In this document: positions 11,125 to 22,467 of the stretch, one piece after another
Position numbering within the stretch: position 1 is the stretch's first letter
Layout: each line of letters begins with the position of its first letter
Origin: Azolla caroliniana
Taxonomy: Eukaryota > Plantae > Polypodiophyta
Length of the DNA: 64,000 nt
Reading direction: 5' to 3'
NCBI GenBank assembly: GCA_043228905.1
Contig: JBHGNT010000014.1
Location: forward strand, 15,624,001-15,688,000
The notes under the pieces: generated by a model
Seen by the model: the letters and a program-made list of their open reading frames with translations, nothing else
Databases searched by the model: none
Told to the model about the DNA's origin: nothing
Translations under genes and position numbers: made by a program

Positions 11125-13308
11125 TGTAGTGGTGTGGCGTGTGCAATGTCAGAAAAAGTGAGGTTCCACGCATATCTCATGAAATAATGTATAAATAAAT
11201 AAAACCAAAATAATAAATAATAAGTAACTTGTAGTAGCTTAGTGGTTAAGGCTTTTAAGTATATGTAGAGAGTTGTAGAGTTTGTCTCTCTTCCTACAAA
11301 TCATTTTGCTTCTCTTCCATTTTTGTGATAAAGAAATAAAGAAAAAGCATGTAATGTTAAAATAAGGTCCTCTTTCCTCTATAAGAGAGGAGCGATAGGG
11401 ATTATTGGGGGGTCACCCATTTTGTCTTCTAAGGGTGTACCACTAGGGTTTCATCTTCTCCTCTTCTTCTTGATTTTAGGGTTTGGTAGCCTCCCTTTCT
11501 CCTTATTTCTTTCTCTTTCATCTTTTCCTTCTAGGATTAGGGTTTGAGAGCTTCTTCTTTCTACTTTTCTTCTTTTCTCCTCATTGCTTAACATACTAGA
11601 GGAGTTAAGATTTTAGGGTTTGTGAGTTTAGATTCTATTCTACTTCTTACTCAAGAGATTTTAGGGCTTGGATTCCTTCCACATTGGCTTCTTCAGCATC
11701 TCGGTGGTAGTCAACTCGGTAGCTGGTGGCGTAAGGGAGGTTGTAGTGGCATGAGGGCTACTCCGAATCGAGGCAACATAGCCGTTGGAAGTAGTCGAGC
11801 TTGGAGCCCACTAGACTCGCCTTCGCTAGACTATTTTAGCCTTGATTATTTCATAATGATTGTTGTAAAAACCACTAAAATCGTGGTGTCAAGCCTAGCA
11901 ATTCTAAAGAAAATAAAAACCCGTTTTGATTCATAGTTGTTTTTCTTAATCATGAAACTAATTCTATGTAAGAAAGAAAACCACTGAAATCGTGGTATTA
12001 AACTAATTGTTGTTTAAACGCCTATTTTATATCAAACTTATGTATATTTTCCCCATATCTTTCTCTTGATCTCCCACTTTGTCACTGTTTTTGTCTCCCC
12101 GGTCCAAGGCCCCGGTGGTCCCGTTCGAGCCACACACGCACACAAAACTTTGAGACATTGGTGAACCCGACGTGAGAGAGAGGTAGGGGAGGACAAAGAC
12201 GGATGAAGACGAGATTATGTTGAAGTTGATGTTTGATTTCGTGAGGGCAAGGTGCAACGAAGGAAAGAAAACAAAGGTTGGCAACCTTTGGCCTCACCAC
12301 ATCACTTTCCTTTGGCACATGCTCGAGGATGTGCGGTTTGGTAGGGTTGGATGTCGTGGTGTGGCATGTGCAATGTGAGAAAAAGCAAGGTTCCACGCAT
12401 ATCTCATGAAATAAGGTATAGATAAATAAAACCAAAAAAATAAATAATAAGTAACTTGTGATGAATTAAAAAGTATTTTGCTCCCATTCCATTTTTGTGG
12501 TAAAGAAAAAAAAAGCATGTAATGTTAAAATAGGCGCCTTTTTCCTCTATAAGATGGGAGGAATAGGGATTATTATGGGGTTGCCCATTTTGCCTTAGGG
12601 GTGTACCAATAGGTTTTCATCTTCTCATCTTCTTCTTGGGTTAGGGTTTTGTAGCCTCCCTTTCTCCTTATCACTTTCTCCTCCTTTTTTTTCTAGGGTT
12701 AGGGTTTGAGAGGTTCTACTTTTCTTCTTTTCTCGTCAACATATTAGAGGACATATGATTTTAGGGTTTGTGAGTTTTGATCCTATTATACTTCTTACTC
12801 GAGATTTTAGGGTTTGGATTTCTTAAACAATGGCCTTTTCGGCATCTCGGTGGTGGTCAACTCAGTGGCCAATTGCGGAAGGGAGGTTGTAGTGACACGA
12901 GGGCTACTCCGAATCGAGGGAACATAGCTGTCGGAAGTAGTCGAGCTTGGAGCCCAGTAGACTCGCCTTCGCGAGATTATTTTAGCCTTTGATTACTTCA
13001 TAATTGATTGTTGTAAAAACCACCTAAGTCGTGGGGTCAAGCCTGTAAATTCTGAAGAAAACAAAAACCCCTTTTGATTCATAGTTGTTTTTCTTAATCA
13101 TGAAACTAATTCTATGTAAGAAAGAAAACCACCGAAATCGTGGTATTAAACTAATTGTTGTTTAAACCCTATTTTATATAAAAATTTATGTATATGTCCC
13201 CCATGTCATTAACATCATAAGCTCCCACTTCCTCACCACTTTTGTCTCCCCGGTCCAAGGCCCCGCCTGTCCCGTTCGAACGACACATGCAAGCAAAACT
13301 TCGCGACA
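11125..13308 (+). mobile_element. Non-autonomous mini LTR element of the Trp-primed gypsy family (~1-kb LTRs, 194-bp internal region)
   Basis: LTRs 11125-12157 and 12352-13308; PBS TGGTGAACCCGACGTGA 12159-12175; family pre-PPT motif before 12352; TSD GCGG/ACGG. Removing it restores the copia RNase H reading GIPQHVPKLFCDSQS. Confidence 0.9.
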
Positions 13309-15284
13309 ACGGTATACCCATGTCACTAGCTAATCGAGATAGCCAAATTGCTTCCTTACATGCCTCACTGGCTACAACATACTCAGCCTTTGTCATTGAC
13401 AATGCGACACAATCTTGGAGATGGGATCTCCAAGCAATGGCACCTCCCATAATCTGAAAGATGTACCCTGAAGTAGATTTCCTACTGTCAGCGCATCTGG
13501 CATAATCTGGATCTGTTTATCCAATGGTAGAGGCATCCCCTTTACCTAAACAAAGGCACTTATCCTTAGTGCCACTCAGATATCTCAATATCAACTTGAC
13601 TGCATCCCAATGTTTCTTACCAAGATTTGACATGAATAGACTTACTGCTCCCACTACAAATGCAATGTCTGGTCGAGTAGCCACCATGGTGTACATAAGA
13701 CTCCCAACTACGGATTGATAAGGAACCCTGGACATGAATTCCTTGTCCTCATCAGACGTGGGGCAATCACATGTGCTCAGTTTTACATATGTAGGCAATG
13801 GAGTGCTCAACGGCTTTGCATTCTCCATATTAAACCTCTTGAGCACTTTCAATATGTACTCAGCCTGAGACAAGTAAATGCATCGCTTACTCCGATCATG
13901 AGTAATACGCATACCAAGAATATGTTTTGTGTCTCCCAAATCCTTCATGCCAAAAATTTGGCTCAAATTTTTCTTCAATAAGGATAACTCATCCTTGTTT
14001 TTACCAACAATAAGCATATCATCAACATAGAGTATCAACATAATGGAACTCTCATCTGAACATTTTTTCGTATAAAGGCAAGGATCCTCGTTGCTTCTAG
14101 TGCACCCTGAGTCTTCATAAAAGCATCAAACTTTTGGTACCACAATCTGGGTGACTGCTTAAGCCCATACAAACTCTTCTTGAGTTTACATACAAAATGT
14201 TCTTTTCCCAAGACTTCATGACCTTCTGGTTGTTCCATATAAATATCCTTATCAAGGTCCCCATGTAAAAAGGCCGTCTTCACATCCATTTGAACTAATT
14301 CCAAATCCTTATTTGCAGCCAATGAAAGCAACATACATAATGTAGTCATCTTAACTACAGGAGAGAAGGTTTCATCAAAATCAACTCCATGTTCTTGCTT
14401 GAAACCTTTGGCTACCAAGAGTGCTTTATACTTTGGGGAAACACTATCAGACGTTGTCGTGAAGATTTACGGCTATGGTGTGAAACTGGGATGGAATGGG
14501 CAAGTCGGCGGTGTGCAACATGTGCACATTTACAATGTAAAATGGTGTATAGAATAAAGAGGGGAAATTTATCCCACATTGTAAGGTCCCTCCCTCTTTG
14601 GGTTATAAAAGGAAGGGAGGGGTCACTTGTAAAGGGTTGCCTATTTTGAGTGAGAGAGGTATACCACTTAGGTCAAGGGTTTCTTTTTGGGTTTTAGGGT
14701 TTCGTCTAGGGTTTTACTATTCTTCTTCTTCTTCATACCATTTCGGGTTTAGGGTTTTGCTTAGGGTTGCTTCTTCATCATCTTCTTTACTTTACTTATC
14801 CAGTTAGGGTTTTCTTGTAATCGTTTTGGTGTGGCCTATGCTGCCTTGGTTGTAATTGTTCGCGGAGTCTTAATATAACTTGTTGTGTATCTTGCCTCCA
14901 TCTATCTTCTTGTTCCATCCATTCTATGTTTATGTCCTAATCTTTGTCCTCTCCTCTCGACCTAAGCTTCCATTCCCCCTCTACTCCCTAGTCCAAGACC
15001 CCCGCGGTCCCGCCTAAGATCTTACACGTTGTCGTGAAGAATACCGTCCCTAGGCGGAAACCGAGTTTAGCGCGTGTAAACCGGCCCTTACACGCGAGCA
15101 CACTTTTCGTTGTATGGTAAGTAAGTAGGTACAAGTCGGCTGAGGTGAAATCCTAGGTAGCACGCATTCAATAGGGAGAGAATCAAGATGTATCTCTGTC
15201 CAAAAGGACAGAGAATTAATGTGATGTAACGGATGATAACGGCCTCCCTTCTTGGGCTATAAAAGAGAGGGAGAGGAATGGAAA

Positions 15285-15324
15285 TGAAAACGTAAGTGTT
15301 TGCGGAAGCGTAAAACAGAGAACA

Positions 15325-15363
<39 letters not shown>

Positions 15364-18300
15364 AGAACACAATTTCAAAATTATATCAAGACTCTGTATA
15401 CACACTGTGCTAAGTGGCACTATTTATACAAGTCCTCTTGGGACTGACAGAAGTACCATGTACTTCAATGCTCACACGAGCATCTGACACTTACTACGAG
15501 ACTATAGCTACCTTGTAGTCTATCCTATGCTAGGCTTCCGATTGGACTTCTGGTTACGGATTGCACCCGGCCTCCACTGCTTGCCGGTTCGGTTGCTCAC
15601 AGTAATACCGATCCGTTTCGCCCGATCCGTCTCGCTTACTGGCTCCGGTTGAGCTTGCCACTCAACACTCCCCCTCAAGCTCAACCTGAGGTGGGGTCGT
15701 AGTGTCGACCTCTGTGGCAGTCGGTTCTTCCAACCGACTTCTCCTGGCGTTACTTCGCCTTGCTCGCGCTCCTAGTCCGGTCTGGTTCCGTTTGCCGCGA
15801 CCCCTTCGGTTCTGCGCGCCTCGACCCTTTCGGTCGGCATGTCTGCTCAATAGGCCCATCTTAGCACTCACGTTGCTGTGACTCCGGCGCTTGCCAATCC
15901 GTCGGTTCTCCCACGATGGCATCGACTTCCGCTGTGTCTGTGTCCCCTTGTCCTTCAGTCGATCCGACTCATCCGGATCCATCTGTTGATCCGAGTCAGC
16001 TGTCTCCGACTCGTTCCAGCTCTTGTCCGAATCGGTACACTCTGATTCGACTTCCAGCTTCAGGCCTCTCACCACATCGGACCACTTCCGAGTCTTGGCC
16101 TTCTCCATGCTTCCCTCGGCTTCTTCAGCCGGTGAACCGAAATCGAATTCTTCATTCGACTCCGCATCATGGTCAGTACCGTCGTGATGACCTCCGCACA
16201 ACATGCACTTCTCTTCCTGAGTGCACAATTCTTCTTCACAGCCGCTTGCTCCGACCTGTTCGGATGTGTCGACTTCCTTCGTCGACTCGACTTCCTTCAT
16301 CTTCTTGTCTCCTCTTCTTCCGGCTCTCCTCTTACCGACGGGTTCAACAGTTTTTTGGCCTTTGCCCGTTTCGATAGAGACTTTGCCCTTGCTTCTCCCC
16401 CTCAAGTGCGGCACGTCGAGATGCTGAATACCAAGCATGTCGGTAAAGTGCTGCAACTTGTCCGATCTGAGTGGCTTGGTGAAGATGTCGGCAACTTGCC
16501 GATCCGTATGAACATACCGTAGGTCAACTTCACCGCTCAGGACCCGCTCACGCACGAAGTGGTAGTGCACCTCGATGTGCTTTGTGCGAGCATGGAACAC
16601 AGGGTTCCTGGCGAGCTGCAGGCTGCTCATGTTATCGCAGTAAATCGGGATTGGGGTCGGTACCTCGATCCGCAAGTCTCGCAGCAGTCGCCGAAGCCAG
16701 ATGGCTTCACAAGTGGCAACGGTAGCGGCTCGGTACTCAGCCTCAGTGCTTGACAAAGCCACTGTGAGCTGCTTCTTGCTGCTCCACGCAACGGCCGCGC
16801 TACCTATGGAGAACATGTATCCGGAAGTGGAGCGGCGATCAGACGCATCGCCGGCCCAGTCAGCATCTGTGTAACCGACAAGCTCTTCGGGTATTTACCT
16901 CGCCGGTATAGTAGTCCCCGGTCCTTAGTGTCGTTGACATACCGTAATATTCGTTGCGCGCACTGAAGGTGCTCCACGGTCGGCTTCTGCATGAACTGAC
17001 TTACCATCCCGACCGGATAGTTGATGTCGGGTCGGGTGATGGTTAAGTAGATCAGGCTTCCGACAAGCTGTCGGAACCGTTTCTCATTGCAGGCCGGTCC
17101 GGAGTTGGGACGGAGCTTCTGGTTCCGGTCCAGGGGTGTGGAGACAGGTCGGCAATCCGTCATGCCGAACTTATACAGCATATTCAACACGTAATGTCAT
17201 TGTGAGAGCAATATGCCGTCGGGGGTCCGGATCACTTCGATCCCAAGAAAATAATGAAGGTCCCCCAGGTCCTTCATTTCGAATGCGTCCGACAACTGGG
17301 ACTTGACGCGGTTGATTTCGGGAAGACCAGGTCCGGTGATGACTAAATCATCCACATACAAGAGTATACATACCGGACCGTCAGAGCCTTGCCGGATGAA
17401 CAACGAAGAGTCTAACTTAGAGACAACAAATCCCAGCTTACGCAACCGGTGCGTGATCTTCGCGTTCCAGGCTCGGGGGGCTTGCTTCAAGCCGTAAAGC
17501 GACTTCTTCAGTCGGCATACCGCCGACTCATTCATCTCTGATTGAAATCCGGGGGGCTGAGTCATAAAGACTTCTTCTTCAAGCTCTCCTTGAAGGAAGG
17601 CGTTCTTCACATCCATCTGGTGAAGATGCCACCCCCTTGCCGCAGCAGCCGCCAGTACCACACGAACCGTCGTCATCTTCGCCACAGGAGCGAAGGTCTC
17701 GTCGTAGTCGATTTCGTGGGTCTGCGCGTATCCCTTCGCCACTAACCGGGCTTTGTACCGGTTAACAGAACCGTCGGCGTTGTACTTGACCTTGTACACC
17801 CACTTGCATCCGATCGGTTTACAGTGACGGGGAGGATCAACTAGGTCCCAAGTTTCGTTGGCATCGAGTGCCCGCATTTCTTCGTCCATAGCGGCACGCC
17901 AATTTGCGTCCTTTGCCGCTTCTGCGTAGCTCTCCGGCTCACGCACTTCTGTTACCTTAGTCATGTACGCATAATGATGCGCCATGTATTCATTGTACCC
18001 GTACCGCATGACGGGATTCTTCTGGCGGGTTGATCGGCGCAACGCACCGTCACCTAATTTGAGGCCCTGCTTGGCCAATTCGGTCTTCGTTGCCGAAGAT
18101 CTGCCTTTCTCCTTTCCGGAGTCGGATACGCACTGATCCAACTCATCGTTGTTGGTTTCGAATTCCGGCATCTTCCTCTTCCCCTTCTCTTTGCGCGTGA
18201 ACCGTTTCCTTGGTTCCTTGCACGGGGAGAGCATGGCAGAGTCTCCACCACTTGCCGTCTCTTCATCTGACTGGTCCAATCGACTCAGTCGCTCGTTCGG

Positions 18301-21174
18301 ACCACTCAACCGTAACGATTCCGGACCCTCAGCTTGAGTCCCGGCTTCATCATCCTCTGCCAGGGCTGATTCATGCTCACTGGCCTGATCTTCCAGCATT
18401 GGGTCGGGATCGGAAGTTGGAGTCAGTACAGAGTACCAGGATGCCGATTCATCGAACTCGACATCACGGCTAACTCGGACTTCCTTCGTCCAGGGGTTAT
18501 AGGACTTATACCCCTTTTGCTCTTGAGCATAGCCGACTAGGATGCATTTTTCCGATTTTGCATCCAGCTTTCTCCGCTTCTAATCCGGCACATGCACATA
18601 CGCTATGCTGCCGAATATCCGAAGGTGTCTTAAGTTCGGCTTGCACCCGAAATACAGCTCATGAGCTGACACCTTGTCACCAATGCGGTTTTGTATGTAG
18701 ACGGCCGTCCGGACCGCCTCCGCCCAGTAGAACCGGGGCATGCTCTTCTCCTCCAGCATTGCCCTTGCCGCTTCGACGAGAGTCCGGTTCTTCCTTTCGG
18801 CCACACTGTTTTGCTCCGGTGTGTATCTGCAGCTGAACTCTCGCCGAATTCCCTTCTGCTGCAGATAACCAGTGAATTGGCCGGAAAAATATTCCTTTCC
18901 GCCATCCGACCAAAGGCATTTGATCTTCCTCTCCGATTCCCGTTCCACCATCTTCTGGAGGCTCCGGAAACAGTCAAAGACTTCGCTCTTCCGCTCAATG
19001 AGGTAGATCCAAGTATGTTGAGTATAGTCGTCGATGAAGGAGACAAAGTATCGGCTCCCACCAAGGCTTACACTTTGTGCCGGTCCCTACACATCTGAAT
19101 GGATGAGATCGAGCTTGTTACGGCTCCGGTTCCGTTCGGTGGGGAATGGAAGCCGGTGTTGCTTCCCAAGTTGGTAGGCTTCACAAATTTCGGCTCTCCA
19201 GCCGTTGAACTTCGGCAAACCGAAAACGACTTGTTTCGATTGCAGGTCTTGAGGCCTATTCGCTTGTGCCACAGTCGATGTCCGACTCGACCTTCTGTCG
19301 TTTCGCGAACAGAGCGGTGCCAAAGTCATTTGTGTTGAGGATAAACATCCTCCCGTCTCTATGCCCTTGCGCAATGACTTCACCCTCATCCTCAATGAAG
19401 CACCCGAGGTGCGTAAACCGCACCTGCATCCCCTGGTCGACAATCTGACCGACGGACACCAGGTTCTTCGTGATTGTCAGAACGTGTAATACGTTCATCA
19501 ACTTCCCTTTCTGTCCGACGTGGCTTAGAGGGACTTCTCCGACGTGCACGATTGGGTGAGGAGTGTCGTCTCCGATTTTGACTACTCCTGGTTGATCCGG
19601 TTTCTCCAGAAAGGAGAACCACTCTTTGTGGCTCACATACCACACTTCCTCCGTTTTGGAAGTGGTCTTCTTCATTGAGTTTGCCTTGTGATTCATCACC
19701 AAGGCTGGCCCCTTACCGGCCTTTCCGGTTCCGGATCCTCCTGATCCATTTGCGTAGTGCGAGTTTTGTCGGCCATCCTTACCGGTCTTGCCGGATCCGG
19801 ATTTGTCCGAATCGGCACGCTTTCTCCAGCACTCGCTTTCCTTGTGGCCTTTTTGCCACAGTACCAACATTCCGTAGCGGATTTGTCTTGCCGGCTTCCG
19901 GCACTGCCTTGACTCCCCCTGCTTGTGGAAGTCCCGGAACTGCCGTCGGCACGCTCATAGTGCCTCCGTTCCTGCTCTTGCCGGCCGCCTCCATTGCGTG
20001 CCGACCCACCTCTTCCACCACGCCCACGGAGCCGATCCGTTCCCGTGTACAGCATTCGGCTGTCCGGGGATGCACTGGTAGATGCACCGGCGTGGTTCTC
20101 CTCTACAAGGAGCATCGACTGTAAGTCGAAGAATGAGGGGGTATTCTCCCTTGTACACACCGCAGTCCAGAACGCTCCGAACTTGGACGCCAGGCCTTCG
20201 AGGCATACCTGCACCATCTCGTCTTCCTCTACGGTAACATTGATAGAGGCGAGCGAGTCGCAGATCACCTTTATCCGGCCCGTGTAGTCTGCCACAGACA
20301 TGTTCTTCTGTCGAACATTGCTCAACTCCTGTCTGAGTTGAAGCTTCCGGGCAGTGGTACTTGCGGCGAAAACCTTTTTCAGGTTCCCCCAAGCATCCTT
20401 CGGTGTCTTGGCGTCACGGATGTGGCTGAGCAGCTGATCGCCGACACTGGACGCGAAGCAGTACATCACCCTGCTTGCCGCCTGTTCCCATACCGGGAAG
20501 TCCTTGTGTGCCGAGTCGGGCGCCGCATCATTCGCTCCTTCGACATAACTCCAGTACCCGTGTCCAAGCAGGTAATGGTGCATCTTGTAAGACTAGGATG
20601 CGTAATTGCTCCTGTCGAGCTTCTCCACCGGGAGCGACGTAGCCATGCCTCTATCCATGTCTTCTACTGTGTCTGTTTTCGACCTGTTAGGGTTTCCTTC
20701 TCAAGAGTAAATGTCTGCAGCAGAGGTTCTCAACCCTCGCGCTCTGATACCATGAAAATGTAAGTGTTTGCGGAAGCGTAAAACAGAGAACAACAGAGAG
20801 AGAGAGAGAGACAGAGAGACAGAGAGACAGAGAGAGACAGAGAGAGCAGAACACAATTTCAAAATTATATCAAGACTCTGTATACACACTGTGCTAAGTA
20901 GCACTATTTATACAAGTCCTCTTGGGACTGACAGAAGTACCATGTACTTCAATGCTCACACGAGCATCTGACACTTACTACGAGACTATAGCTACCTAGT
21001 AGTCTATCCTATGCTAGGCTTCCGATTGGACTTCCGGTTACGGATTGCACCCGGCCTCCACTGCTTGCCGGTTCGGTTGCTCACCGTAATACCGATCCGT
21101 TTCGCCCGATCCGTCTCCTTACCGGCTCCGGCTTATTCAGCCGATCCGGCTCCGGTTGAGCTTGCCGCTCAACA
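15285..21174 (-). mobile_element. Ty1/copia element C1 (short LTRs, Ale-like), inserted in the G1 5' LTR
   Basis: LTRs 20753-21174 and 15285-15667 (TG...CA); iMet PBS TGGTATCAGAGC 20741-20752; PPT 15668-15678; TSD GGAAA at 15280-15284 and 21175-21179. Confidence 0.97.
15662..20647 (-). pseudogene. C1 gag-pol with frameshifts and stops
   Basis: gag UBN2-like region, CWYCGKKGH knuckle, integrase (SDGGKEY, PEQNSVAE), RT (HQMDVKNAFL, LYVDD) and RNase H ([21 protein letters not shown]), split over several frames. Confidence 0.93.
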
Positions 21175-21622
21175 GGAAAGAATATCGCGTGTTAGAGAGG
21201 ACGAAGTGCTGTCGGACTGGGACCGAGCCCTTTTCCTCTGCCACTCTCGATAGCCATTTTTGCGCAGGTTTTCGGGAGGCTGACTCTACTCCGTGGAACG
21301 CCCGTGTGCTTCTGGCAGAGTCTCCATGCTGCTCTTCTGTGTGTGTGAGTGAACAGGCGACGGTGTTCACCTTGCCGGCCTGTTAGTTGTAACCATCTTG
21401 ATATATATATATATTTATATCCATACGTGTTCATATACTCGGACTTCTAGTCGTCTTGTTTTGCTATGTTGTTGGACTGTGATTCCTGTGTGCTCCCGTG
21501 TCTGTGCGTGTGCAAGTGCGCACGTTGCCTTTCCGTTCTCCTCCTTCTCAGCTATTTCTCGGTCCAAGACCCCGATGGTCCCGCCTCGTTCTCCACGCAC
21601 GCGCGTAACAATGCGACATATT

Positions 21623-21639
21623 TGGTGAACCCGACGTGA
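21623..21639 (+). promoter_or_regulatory. Primer-binding site complementary to plant cytosolic tRNA-Trp (also at 12159-12175 and 33669-33685)
   Basis: TGGTGAACCCGACGTGA is the reverse complement of TCACGTCGGGTTCACCA, the 3' end of plant tRNA-Trp(CCA) as I recall it. It is identical in three elements. Confidence 0.85.
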
Positions 21640-22467
21640 AGGCGGCAGAGGAATAGAAAGATGAGGGGGTCGGATCTCGCGGAAGCCATGGCTTCGGCTG
21701 TGGATCGGATAGTGAGTGTGCGTGAAGGTGCAAGCGCCCTCGATAGGGCTATTGAAGCGGTCGTCGGCATGATAGGCCGGTTCGGTGGGAAGGACACCAC
21801 GAGCTATTTGGAGGCCTACCGGGCAGAGATGGTAATGAGAGACATTCCGGAAGAAAGGCGACTCATTGGATTCCCTTGGGTGGCGATGCCGGGCATCCAT
21901 GCGGAGGTGGTCGAGGTATGGGCTGAGAGCCGGACCTGGCAAGAGTTTGAAGGTCGGCTCCTCGAAAAATATGGGCTTGATGACGCGCTTTGGCTCTTGA
22001 AACGGGATTTCATGGAATGGGTCAGTGCTCCTCCGGGAGTTTGAAGAACGCTTTGCGTGTCTTTCGGCACTCGATCAGACCGTACTAGACACAAGTCGCA
22101 TCCTGCTGTTCGTTAAGTCGGTGGATGCGAGGGACCGGGAGCAAGTGGGTCTCCTGGTGGAGATTGATGATGGGCTGACGGCCGACTGGGCCGTGGTGAA
22201 GAGAGTCTGTGGCCGTTTCGACAAACGGCGAGAGTGGGTCGATAAAGGATCAACAAGGGCGGGCTCTGTAGCAGCAAGGAAACTCGAGCCAACCCTACCA
22301 ACGCGAAGGGAAGAGACCAGAGACTGGCTCGAGACCGGATCGACATCGACCGGCATGGTCAAAGGCTCGTCCGGAGGAGCAGCTCTAGAGGAGCTGACTA
22401 GGATGGTAAAGGACCTCTAGATTGCACAGGCACGGAGGGACGATGACAAACGGGCCCGTGACCGAAG

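Noticed and set aside
15662-16400. env-like gene in C1
   Set aside because: The segment is hydrophilic with no transmembrane stretch and is fused to pol rather than a separate ORF.
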